The position numbers were made by a program, and so were the translations under genes. From a virus: DNA of 64,000 nucleotides. Below, in pieces: positions 9,191 to 18,122 of the stretch (positions are counted from its first letter, which is position 1; the number at the start of each line of letters is the position of its first letter). The notes under the pieces are model-generated. The model saw only the letters and a program-made list of their open reading frames with translations. It was not told the DNA's origin and did not search any database. The stretch lies in the UHGV virus genome UHGV-0287696. One strand, 5' to 3'.

Positions 9191-9649
9191 TTGATGAAAA
9201 TGCTGTTATTCATCATGATGGTGTTCGTGGGGTTGGTGAGTAATAGCTACGGCGACGAAGTTAAACGTCCAGCTTATAGGCCACTGGAACTTCCTCCTAC
9301 ACCACCAATAATGGTGAATTGGAAAATTGACAATAACGCAATGCGTGAGTATGTTGCGGACGTCAACACCTATGCTTACTACGTTTATGTCTACACCCGA
9401 AATTTAAACCAACAAGCCGTTAAACGTGGCTGGAGCCCACCAATGCTGGCTCCACTTTGTGAGCGTTATGAGTTACCGAAGTTACATGTTGTACCCGAAC
9501 GCTTATCTCTTGACGAAAGCTCTTTAACGCCCCAGGAGATTAGCCGTGACCTATCGCGTAAACTCAATAATTTGTTGTGGAATTACCGTTCCGACCGTCA
9601 GACACTACTCGATTCGTACAACCAATACTTGACATCGTGTTTGTACTGA
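9191..9649 (+). CDS. secreted protein (signal peptide)
   Basis: N-terminal MMKMLLFIMMVFVGLVSNSYG; start immediately after the upstream stop; terminator downstream. Confidence 0.4.
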   Translation: MMKMLLFIMMVFVGLVSNSYGDEVKRPAYRPLELPPTPPIMVNWKIDNNAMREYVADVNTYAYYVYVYTRNLNQQAVKRGWSPPMLAPLCERYELPKLHVVPERLSLDESSLTPQEISRDLSRKLNNLLWNYRSDRQTLLDSYNQYLTSCLY

Positions 9650-9653
9650 CACC

Positions 9654-9696
9654 CCCTCCTGTACCCATTCGTGGTACAGGAGGGTCTTTCTTTTTA
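9654..9696 (+). terminator. intrinsic terminator
   Basis: 12-bp stem CCCTCCTGTACC / GGTACAGGAGGG followed by TCTTTCTTTTT. Confidence 0.6.
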
Positions 9697-9739
9697 ACGT
9701 TTGCAACTATTTTAATGTAGACTAACAGGAGAATTCAAC

Positions 9740-10474
9740 ATGACCTACCCAAAAATTGTCACCCCGTACACACCGACGCTGGTTATTGGCGCTGATGCTG
9801 AAACCAAATCATTACGTCCCGATGCTTATCTGTTAAGTGCAGGTTTAGTGGCTTTTGACGTCCCTACATTGAAAATGGTAGGTTCCTCATACATCAGGAT
9901 CGATCCTAACGATCCTAAAGCAAAAGCCATTTTCCACGAAGACCCACAAACCGTTGGTTGGTGGGAAGGTAAAGGCGAACCCGAATACGCACCGTCTCGT
10001 GAAGCCTATGCGGAAGCATGGGGTGGGACAACAGCATTGCCAGACGCGCTGTGGGCGATGCAAAAATGGCTCGGGGAGATCACCGCAAAACATGAGTTTG
10101 TGATTACCATGCGTGGTCCTGACTTCGATGCGCCGATTTTCATGAACGCATTCGCACAATGTGATATTCCGCCAGGGAAGTTCCGTAAATTCAGTGCACT
10201 GGATAGCGATCGCACCGCAGAACGTTTAGCCTTTGCATTTGGGTTCGAGCCTGACCTAACCGTAGAGCAAATTTACTGGACACGCGGTAAGCCCGCTTTT
10301 GAGCACCACGCAATGTGGGATGCAGCAAAAGAAGCCTACACCACGGCACGTATTTACCACCTCGCTTTGGTCACTCGCCAATACGGGTTTGAACGCGCCA
10401 AAGCCTGTCACGAAGAACTGAAAACGGGCGAGTATGTTGCGCCGCAGATTCGTGATCAATTAACCAGGGATTAA
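9740..10474 (+). CDS. DEDDh-type 3'-5' exonuclease (DnaQ/DexA-like)
   Basis: Exo I-like LVIGADAETKS and Exo III-like HHAMWDA motifs. Confidence 0.5.
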   Translation: MTYPKIVTPYTPTLVIGADAETKSLRPDAYLLSAGLVAFDVPTLKMVGSSYIRIDPNDPKAKAIFHEDPQTVGWWEGKGEPEYAPSREAYAEAWGGTTALPDALWAMQKWLGEITAKHEFVITMRGPDFDAPIFMNAFAQCDIPPGKFRKFSALDSDRTAERLAFAFGFEPDLTVEQIYWTRGKPAFEHHAMWDAAKEAYTTARIYHLALVTRQYGFERAKACHEELKTGEYVAPQIRDQLTRD

Positions 10475-10476
10475 GA

Positions 10477-11997
10477 ATGAAGAACGTTGATGTTGCAGTA
10501 ATTTACACGGATGGTAGCCATTTGACCTCCCCGCTCGGTACAGGAGCGGGGATTCATGGATACTTATTTAATCGTGAAGCGATTGAGGATGGTCGGGTTT
10601 ACCGCCATCCCTCTATTCCCGAGGGGATTACGACGTCAGGATACCGCCAGATAAACAAGGATGAAAAACTTCCACCTTTACCTGAAACCGTGGAGTTTAT
10701 TGACGGTGTTGTCCCTGTACCAAAAATGTCACACTCCGACGTTGCAGAACTCGTGGCTTTCCTGACCGTTTTCGAACACGCACCTTTCGTTGCCAAAAAC
10801 TATGTTATCTATATCGACGCCTCTTACGTTGTCAACACGTATAACGATTGGATTGATGGTTGGGCTGCGCGCGGCTGGCGTCGTGCAGACGGTACGCCTA
10901 TTGCGAACTTGGAATTAATCCAACGGATGTGGGAGGTTAAACAGCGGTTAAAGAAAGAAGGGAAAGGTATTCGTGTCCTTAAAATTAAAGGGCACTCAGG
11001 ACGCTATGGAAACGAGCGTGCCGACGAGTTAGCACGGAAAGGTTCAAGTATTTCGGCTCGAGGTGAGGGGCTAGACTATACACCGTATTGGTCAAAAGAC
11101 GAGATGCCTGAGGAAGAACAGCAACCAGAAGTTGTTGGTGAAGGTGTCAATTTGTCCGCTTTTCCCGATATCTGTGTTACGAAGTTCTGTTACCCGATGG
11201 TGAACGAACCGCATCCCACTGTTACAGTTAACGGTAATAAACTTTATTACATGTTCGGTGGGAACCATGCAAAACAGAAGGACGATATCGTCTTCGTTGG
11301 TAAGTACATTCCAGATGCACAATTCTGCGTAATGTTTACCAAAGAACCGTGGGATAACGTATACGAGTTGGTAAATACCCACTCTGCGAAAGCGTGGGAA
11401 GGGGTGCCCCGTTTACGTCAGTTTGATCCCATCGCCGTTGTTTTTAACTTATTCGTAAAACGTAAGAAGTTCGCAGAAGCCGCAGGTAACGGTATTCCTG
11501 TCGATCGGATGCATTTTAGCGAAGACAAAAACCTGTGGATGTTTGAAGATCTTTCGATTACGCGAATTCTTCGTCCCGCGTTATTGTCTTATCGCTGCAT
11601 TACGATTCGTGATGAGCTTGCAGGTTGGTTACGCGATGCCATGGAGGGGAAAAACTCAGTCGTAATGAACGACATTACTGACCTGCTTTACGATGAGAAA
11701 GGTAAGCCGAAGAAAGACTTTTATCGTAACGTAGATAAAGGTTTTGACGTAACCATCCATATCCCTGGTAGCAAAAACAAGGTTAAAACCATCCTTACTC
11801 GAGGTATCGACATACCGACGCGTACGGAAATCAACCGTATGAAAGAGCCAGAAGGGCGTTTCTACGTGGCGGTACGGCGTCCAGAACGGCAGTATATCGA
11901 GTACGCGTTGGTTTATATTGGGGAAAAATATCATGGGTTGTGGTGTGGCTATTATTCAAACAAACGAATATTGACGGATAAGGAGCTTGAATGCTGA
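10477..11997 (+). CDS. RNase HI-like nuclease with a large C-terminal extension
   Basis: VIYTDGS and WAARGWRRADGTPIANLELIQRMW...KIKGHSGRYGNERADELARKG closely parallel E. coli RNase HI as recalled. About 315 further residues are of unknown function. Confidence 0.65.
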   Translation: MKNVDVAVIYTDGSHLTSPLGTGAGIHGYLFNREAIEDGRVYRHPSIPEGITTSGYRQINKDEKLPPLPETVEFIDGVVPVPKMSHSDVAELVAFLTVFEHAPFVAKNYVIYIDASYVVNTYNDWIDGWAARGWRRADGTPIANLELIQRMWEVKQRLKKEGKGIRVLKIKGHSGRYGNERADELARKGSSISARGEGLDYTPYWSKDEMPEEEQQPEVVGEGVNLSAFPDICVTKFCYPMVNEPHPTVTVNGNKLYYMFGGNHAKQKDDIVFVGKYIPDAQFCVMFTKEPWDNVYELVNTHSAKAWEGVPRLRQFDPIAVVFNLFVKRKKFAEAAGNGIPVDRMHFSEDKNLWMFEDLSITRILRPALLSYRCITIRDELAGWLRDAMEGKNSVVMNDITDLLYDEKGKPKKDFYRNVDKGFDVTIHIPGSKNKVKTILTRGIDIPTRTEINRMKEPEGRFYVAVRRPERQYIEYALVYIGEKYHGLWCGYYSNKRILTDKELEC

Positions 11998-12659
11998 TCG
12001 TTTATAGTGAGGTCTTGTCAAAAGCCCCTCGGTTTTTACAAACTCACTTTATGTATAACGCACGGCAGTATTGGGGCTTTAAAGCCCCTTACTCCGAAGA
12101 TTGGGAAGTTGTGGAAAAGTTAGCATTTGTGTTTTCTCTTTCGTTGTTGTGGGAGATCATTGCACTATACAACGCGGGTTGTGATATCCCGGAGAACGGC
12201 TTTTTCCAACAACACCTATTCCAAAAATTCACAGCATCGGTAGAAAATCATGAAGTGCGCAAGGAGTGTATCGGCTACGCAGAGCATTCTGAAGAATTGA
12301 GAAAGATTTCCAAATTAGTTATCACGCGGACATGGGCTGAATTCGAAACTTACCCCGAAAAAATAATTTGGTTTAATCGTGAACAGTTTATTAAAGAGGC
12401 AGTCAGTCAACATCCCGTTCGATTAATCGTGTTAAAGCCGTCCGATCTTGCCTTACGCCACATCTATTCGTCTCCAGAGGAAATCGTTTTTTCCTCTGGA
12501 ACAACAGATTATGGTATTTTTAAACAAGGCGATTCTTGGATTCTTCCACACGATTTAGACGGGTATTTGCTCAGTAGCGATCAAATACATTCGGGTTATG
12601 ACTCACAGGTGAAGGAGTTTACAGTCGATCCTTTTTTCGCTAAAAATATTCTTAGATAG
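11991..12659 (+). CDS. hypothetical protein
   Basis: ORF with AAGGAG upstream; first gene of a tightly coupled five-gene block. Confidence 0.4.
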   Translation: MLIVYSEVLSKAPRFLQTHFMYNARQYWGFKAPYSEDWEVVEKLAFVFSLSLLWEIIALYNAGCDIPENGFFQQHLFQKFTASVENHEVRKECIGYAEHSEELRKISKLVITRTWAEFETYPEKIIWFNREQFIKEAVSQHPVRLIVLKPSDLALRHIYSSPEEIVFSSGTTDYGIFKQGDSWILPHDLDGYLLSSDQIHSGYDSQVKEFTVDPFFAKNILR

Positions 12660-12695
12660 ATATTATCCAGGTGTAACACCATTGGAGTTATTAAA

Positions 12696-13439
12696 ATGCT
12701 AAAAGTTTATGTCCCTCAATTACAACGTATCAATCCCTCGTTGTTCGAGGGAATCTTTTATAAAATTTGGCCACAATACTTCAATGAACATTTGAAGGAC
12801 CCGAAGTGGTCAACCGTACAAGGAGAATTCTTTTATACCGCACAGACGGCTTGCACAATCGTCTTTACTCGTCTCATCTCCGAAGTTATCGAGGCTGTCA
12901 ATACCAACCGAAACTTTGACCTTCGCGGCGTAGTCGAAATAGATCTCTCAGGGATCTTCGATAACTACGATTGCGATGACGCTGTATTCGAACATTTCTC
13001 TTCTGAAGATGTCTGGGAAGCCGTTTATCAATGGCTAGAATACTACATGAATTTTCTATTCTCTCCAGAGATGTTAGAAAGTTTCAATAAAGCACTCTTC
13101 CCCATTTATAACGACTTACTCAACGTTAAACAAACAAAGAACCTCGTTGGTTTCTGGTTTTCGATTTACGACGCCGAATGTACGTTGTGGGAAAAAGAAT
13201 TGATTGCTTACGGGATAGAACGTGGAGACTATGTTGAGCTTCACTGTGGTTTCTGGCCATTCAGTGACTACGAGAACGCACGGCTTGGTATCTCACGATT
13301 GTGGTCGTTTTACCTCTGTGAAGCTACGGGCGTTATTTACCTTGAAGACAGCGGAGCACAAATCCCTAATGGTGCTGTTGTAACTTACTGCCAGATTCGA
13401 GAAGATCGGGGTCGGGCAATTTATCAGGAATATGCATAA
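12696..13439 (+). CDS. hypothetical protein
   Basis: ORF with GGAG upstream. Confidence 0.4.
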   Translation: MLKVYVPQLQRINPSLFEGIFYKIWPQYFNEHLKDPKWSTVQGEFFYTAQTACTIVFTRLISEVIEAVNTNRNFDLRGVVEIDLSGIFDNYDCDDAVFEHFSSEDVWEAVYQWLEYYMNFLFSPEMLESFNKALFPIYNDLLNVKQTKNLVGFWFSIYDAECTLWEKELIAYGIERGDYVELHCGFWPFSDYENARLGISRLWSFYLCEATGVIYLEDSGAQIPNGAVVTYCQIREDRGRAIYQEYA

Positions 13440-13981
13440 TGAAAATACTTATCGATTTCTCACTCAGCGAGTCACGGGGTAAATTAAACAAACTGTTAAG
13501 TGGGATGCGTAGCCGCGTTGCGTTTGAACTGCACGACGCGATAGCAGTACATGAGAACAAGATTTCTGAAGAACACAGTGGGGTCGAAATTACTATCCTG
13601 GATTCAGAAGCGATGGTGAATAATCTCATTGAACAGTTAGAACGAAAAATCCGTTCTGCCATGACATACCCACATTTGGTGCGGGTAACTGATCCTGATA
13701 CGGATATTCACCTGATTCTTGAGAAAGCCTTTCTACATGCCGCGCATTACTTACAGAATAATGCTCCAGATACCCTCGACGAAGTGTATGTCGCCATATT
13801 GCAGCGACAATCTTCAACGACGGATATAATAGACACAACATGTTGGAGCGATATTCTTACCAACGAAACAATGTCCCGTATCCGGGATATTTTCCTTGAG
13901 ACACTCGGGTTAGTTGAGAAAATCTGCCATGCTGAGCTCATCTACCTGTCATCAAAATACGGTCAACCTAAAGGAGTATAA
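13439..13981 (+). CDS. hypothetical protein
   Basis: TAATG start-stop overlap with the upstream gene. Confidence 0.4.
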   Translation: MKILIDFSLSESRGKLNKLLSGMRSRVAFELHDAIAVHENKISEEHSGVEITILDSEAMVNNLIEQLERKIRSAMTYPHLVRVTDPDTDIHLILEKAFLHAAHYLQNNAPDTLDEVYVAILQRQSSTTDIIDTTCWSDILTNETMSRIRDIFLETLGLVEKICHAELIYLSSKYGQPKGV

Positions 13982-13983
13982 TC

Positions 13984-14508
13984 GTGGATATTTTAATTCA
14001 ACTTCGTAAGAAAACAACCATTGCCACACCGATAGCGCTAGAGGAGAAAATCTCTGGCGCGGTTGCACGCAAGCTCTGTGGTGCTCATGGCTTTAGCGAC
14101 CATCAGGAGCGGGTCGTTACTGTCGCCACATTACACAACTTACGACACACAGTACATTACTGTTTAGTTGACAACGTCACCATCACTCTTGATGATAACG
14201 TAAATGTCGACCAACTGCGACGCGAAATTGTCCACAAGATCGAGGCTTACAATAGACGTTTCGATCGGGCGTGTGCACGTTTAACTAATGACGAGGCACT
14301 ACGAAAACGTTTGAAACTTGAAATTGAGTATGCGGCGCAACGTTACGGGATTGGCGGTACCGAACCGTGCCTGACTGAACAAGAAATCACGTTAGCAATC
14401 GAGGTTTATACCACTCTCTGCTGCGCCATCCTAAAAGAGACCAACCACGAAATTACAAAAGCGTTGTTAAACACCGCAGACAAAATCACCCCAATTTTAG
14501 GACAATAA
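13984..14508 (+). CDS. hypothetical protein
   Basis: GTG start 2 nt after the upstream stop; AAGGAG upstream. Confidence 0.4.
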   Translation: MDILIQLRKKTTIATPIALEEKISGAVARKLCGAHGFSDHQERVVTVATLHNLRHTVHYCLVDNVTITLDDNVNVDQLRREIVHKIEAYNRRFDRACARLTNDEALRKRLKLEIEYAAQRYGIGGTEPCLTEQEITLAIEVYTTLCCAILKETNHEITKALLNTADKITPILGQ

Positions 14509-14509
14509 A

Positions 14510-14998
14510 ATGAACGTAAATGATATTATCAATCTTAGTAAAAGTGATATTGTGCACGAATTTCTCAATCATGGTGCGCGTGTAAGAAAAGAAATTGAAG
14601 AAAAGTTGACCCCAATGGTTGCTTCCACTCCTTGGATGGCAGGATACGCCGCTGCCTACTTCAGTTGCCAGAGCGGAAAAGCATACATAGCTAACCTGTT
14701 TGATTTCTTCAATCCATCAAACGACCACATAACAGAAACAGACGTTCGACAACGCCTTCGCGATTGCCGGTATCAGTTCTTAAGAAATGTTACTGATGCG
14801 TACAATTTAGAGCAATTTCCTACACCGATTGTTCCCTATACAGAACCGGAATGGGAAAATTTTTATAGACGAATTTGGATTGGTGGGTCTTACGTGGCAG
14901 ATATAATGGAAATCATCGAACGTAGCGAAAACCAACTTGCTCTGCAACTATGGGAGTGGTTAAAAGCCAATTATCCTGATTACGTCAAAATCGACTAA
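14510..14998 (+). CDS. hypothetical protein
   Basis: Coupled ORF; terminator follows. Confidence 0.4.
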   Translation: MNVNDIINLSKSDIVHEFLNHGARVRKEIEEKLTPMVASTPWMAGYAAAYFSCQSGKAYIANLFDFFNPSNDHITETDVRQRLRDCRYQFLRNVTDAYNLEQFPTPIVPYTEPEWENFYRRIWIGGSYVADIMEIIERSENQLALQLWEWLKANYPDYVKID

Positions 14999-15004
14999 TA
15001 CACA

Positions 15005-15036
15005 CCCTAGCTTCGGCTAGGGTTACTTTATTTTTA
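15005..15036 (+). terminator. intrinsic terminator
   Basis: CCCTAGC-TTCG-GCTAGGG followed by TTACTTTATTTTT. Confidence 0.55.
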
Positions 15037-15057
15037 ACCATTTTAGGAGAATAAACC

Positions 15058-15984
15058 ATGTATTTGTACAAAAGTAAAAAAGTAAAAGGTATTAAAGACT
15101 GCCTTAGACAAATGGGGTGTCAGCATCTAGAAAATGTCATGGAAGAAAACCGAATAAAGGAAAATCCTGTCTCGAAATGGATAAAAAAGAATCGTAACCA
15201 TTTAACCAATACCTTTATACCCTACGACGCTGAGTTAGGTCTCAAAGATCCCCGTTCCCTTCACGCACAAACATTAGCAATTGGATGGCTATACGGTGGT
15301 GCTTCCTTAATATCCAACCAAGCACTTAGAGAACTTGTTTTCGAAACTGAGATGCCCAGTAAATTCCCTGAAGAATGGTTGGACTTTATTCCTACTTGGA
15401 CTGTGGCAATCGACGTAGGTAAAGAGGATGAGACTTTCTTTCTCGGCTATCGAAAAAACGGGAAGAGAAGGTTTATTATAATTGCTACAAATACTGATTA
15501 CGGGTTAACAGAAGGCGTTACCACAATTGCCACTTGTTCGTTAGAGCTTCGTAGTGCAGGAAACGGGCTTGTGGAAATCGACTATGCCGACGGTGTGGAG
15601 AACGAACAAGAAAAGATGCTATGGTTATCTCTGGCCAAAGCCGCTACTTCGATGATATTTCTGTGCACGCTAATCCCGCCCAATTACAGGGAGTCTTTTA
15701 ATGATATTAAGTTCAAGGAAATCAAAAAGAACGGTAGTATTAGTTACGACGTTAAACCTCGTGAACGCGATGTTAAGATAGATATCACGCCAGGACAAGT
15801 GAATTATCTAAAAGGGTTTAACACTGACTTGAAAACCATGCAGGGTATCAAACATGCTAAGGCTGCCCACATCCGTCGCGCACACTGGCGCAGATATTGG
15901 GTCGGCCCTAGAAATGGTGAAAGAAAAAGAAAACTTTGTTGGATTCCACCTACATTTGTCCGTGGCTACGTACCCCACAATTAA
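15058..15984 (+). CDS. hypothetical protein, tandem paralog A (C-terminal HIRRAHWRRYW motif)
   Basis: AGGAG upstream; shares GW.YG and C-terminal AAHIRRAHW.R.W.G blocks with the next gene. Confidence 0.5.
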   Translation: MYLYKSKKVKGIKDCLRQMGCQHLENVMEENRIKENPVSKWIKKNRNHLTNTFIPYDAELGLKDPRSLHAQTLAIGWLYGGASLISNQALRELVFETEMPSKFPEEWLDFIPTWTVAIDVGKEDETFFLGYRKNGKRRFIIIATNTDYGLTEGVTTIATCSLELRSAGNGLVEIDYADGVENEQEKMLWLSLAKAATSMIFLCTLIPPNYRESFNDIKFKEIKKNGSISYDVKPRERDVKIDITPGQVNYLKGFNTDLKTMQGIKHAKAAHIRRAHWRRYWVGPRNGERKRKLCWIPPTFVRGYVPHN

Positions 15985-16008
15985 GCTAAAGTGTTTAGGA
16001 GTATTAAA

Positions 16009-16908
16009 ATGACAACGAATAATAGACTTTACGGGAAAGCGCTAAGACGCATGAGCGAACAAATAGAAAAGGCACACCAAACAATTCACGGATTAGATCA
16101 GTGCCGCTTTATTCGGTTCATTAACGAGCATAAACGTCAAATACCCGTAACGTTTATACCAGTTAAAGATCCGACCTATCGTGAGTATGGCGTTACCGAA
16201 CAGATCCCCAGACTGATTAAGCAGTCTCTGGGACTAGGATGGCAATACGCTGCTGTTGAAATCATCTCGGATGAAGAACTGATGGCGCTCTTAGCAAAAA
16301 CTGAGAGACTAAAAAATATCCCGTACTTCTGGATAGAAACCATCCCATCATTTACTTTCTCGGTTACTGTAAATCTCGACGAAAGTCCAATCACGTTATT
16401 TATCGGAAGACGTCTTTACGAAGGTGAAGAAGTTCTCTTTGTGATGTCATGCGAAGAACATGACGAGTCGGTATACATGGAGTTTGAGATTTACACGATC
16501 GATAAAAGTAATGATGATTTCGTGGAGTTAAAGCCGCTCCTTACTTCGGTTAAGGAGAATCAACGACTACTCGACGCGGTCTACATCGGGCTATATCTTT
16601 CATCACGAATTAAGCGAACCGAACGCGAGAAGAAAGAATTTCGCGGAAGGTCCATTCGTTATGTTCCTGATACAGAAATTCGCCCACGTAGTGAAGCAGT
16701 CGTTTTAGATGTAAGTCCGGTACAATGGGAAGATATAGAGCAGCAACGCAAGGAAGGACACGAGGTTTGTTTGGCGATTTATTGTGCCGCACATATCCGT
16801 CGTGCGCATTGGAAGCGTGTATGGTGTGGTAAAATGTCAGAAATGCGCTGGCGCGAATGGCGATGGATAGCGCCGAGTTACATTTCTGGATTTTATCGTG
16901 GGAAATAA
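16009..16908 (+). CDS. hypothetical protein, tandem paralog B (C-terminal HIRRAHWKRVW motif)
   Basis: AGGAG-tattaaa-ATG at 16009 (ORF track starts at an upstream GTG, 15991); paralogous to the previous gene. Confidence 0.5.
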   Translation: MTTNNRLYGKALRRMSEQIEKAHQTIHGLDQCRFIRFINEHKRQIPVTFIPVKDPTYREYGVTEQIPRLIKQSLGLGWQYAAVEIISDEELMALLAKTERLKNIPYFWIETIPSFTFSVTVNLDESPITLFIGRRLYEGEEVLFVMSCEEHDESVYMEFEIYTIDKSNDDFVELKPLLTSVKENQRLLDAVYIGLYLSSRIKRTEREKKEFRGRSIRYVPDTEIRPRSEAVVLDVSPVQWEDIEQQRKEGHEVCLAIYCAAHIRRAHWKRVWCGKMSEMRWREWRWIAPSYISGFYRGK

Positions 16909-16926
16909 ATAGTTTACCCCTAGACC

Positions 16927-16966
16927 GTGTGGTCTAGGGGTAACTTTACTTTTTTATTTTTTGTTT
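16927..16966. terminator. bidirectional terminator
   Basis: CCCCTAGACC-GTGT-GGTCTAGGGG between convergent genes. Confidence 0.55.
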
Positions 16967-17709
16967 GCCTTAAGCGCTTTTAAGCGTTCGGCAGTAACGT
17001 TCAGGCATTCGATTAACTCGTTAACCTGTTTCATGAACAGACCAAACAGCTCCACCCAATCGGATGCAAAATCTAACATCATCGTCAGTTCTTTTGCTAC
17101 ATTCGGATGAATGTTTTGTTCAGACAAGATTTCCGACGTAGTGCGAATGGACTCGATTGACTTGTCGATGTTCGTCCGTAAACGTTTCGTAATTTCAACG
17201 TTCAGAGCTTTAGCGCGATTGAACGCAACGTCAATCTCAGACGCGCTGTGGTACGTCTTCTCAATTGGTCGCTGGTCAATAACGTTATTAGTGTACGATT
17301 TCGCTAATAAGTTAACCAGGTCTTTCGGGTTAACATTACGTAACGGCAAATTAACGTTTTTGTAACGGAAACCAATCGGTAATGACAGTACCCCCACATC
17401 ATGTGTAAGGGCCGAAAGTTGTTTATCGACCGGCAGCAGAATACCTGTATAGATGTTTTGTAGTGAACTCCATACGGATTCTAAGCGGTTCAAATGATCC
17501 ATCACGTAGGTATTAAACCCAGGTGGAACGATAACCAACATTCCCGCAAAGTGTAGGAATTTTTCTTGTTGCATCCACTTGGAAACGTCCGACATCTCGT
17601 CATAAGTGGTTAATGCAATCTCTTGTTGAGGGCCGCTAAACCCTTTCGGTAAGATTGCAGACGCTTTAGCGGCGAAGCTAGATAACGCTGCAAGTGGATT
17701 TACATTCAT
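16954..17709 (-). CDS. hypothetical protein
   Basis: Minus-strand ORF with GAGG upstream; convergent with the upstream plus gene across a bidirectional hairpin. Confidence 0.45.
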   Translation of the reverse strand: MNVNPLAALSSFAAKASAILPKGFSGPQQEIALTTYDEMSDVSKWMQQEKFLHFAGMLVIVPPGFNTYVMDHLNRLESVWSSLQNIYTGILLPVDKQLSALTHDVGVLSLPIGFRYKNVNLPLRNVNPKDLVNLLAKSYTNNVIDQRPIEKTYHSASEIDVAFNRAKALNVEITKRLRTNIDKSIESIRTTSEILSEQNIHPNVAKELTMMLDFASDWVELFGLFMKQVNELIECLNVTAERLKALKANKK

Positions 17710-17807
17710 TCTAAAACCTCGGATTATAAGTCAGGGTTACATAGTAAAGTCTTTTTACAGTTCACCCAAACCTTATGACCGAGACTCTTCCATAAAGGTA
17801 AAGCTCG

Positions 17808-18107
17808 ATGAAAATCAAATTACTGACTCGAAACACCACACCGCGTTTAGAACCGGAAATTTATCTGACGCCTGTTAAAAAAGGTCAGAACGGTAAACCT
17901 ATTCAAGTTGGAAAAGTCTTGAGCGTAACGTCGTGCCCGAGCGGTAAACGTGTTATGGAACTGGAAATTGACGAGCGTAATAAACGCCGTTTCGAGTCTA
18001 TTGAAAACCCTTATCCTGAAAATGCGGAAGAAGTTACTGAGTGGGTAGAGACCTACTTTGAATTCTGGCACAACCGCCGTCTTCTTCTTCCGACCAAGAA
18101 TCGTTAA
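17808..18107 (+). CDS. hypothetical protein
   Basis: 99-aa ORF directly upstream of the recombinase gene. Confidence 0.35.
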   Translation: MKIKLLTRNTTPRLEPEIYLTPVKKGQNGKPIQVGKVLSVTSCPSGKRVMELEIDERNKRRFESIENPYPENAEEVTEWVETYFEFWHNRRLLLPTKNR

Positions 18108-18122
18108 TTATCGGAGCGCTAA

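Noticed and set aside
8687-9649. i-spanin and o-spanin pair.
   Set aside because: The second protein has a signal peptide but no lipobox cysteine near the cleavage region, so the canonical o-spanin call is not supported.
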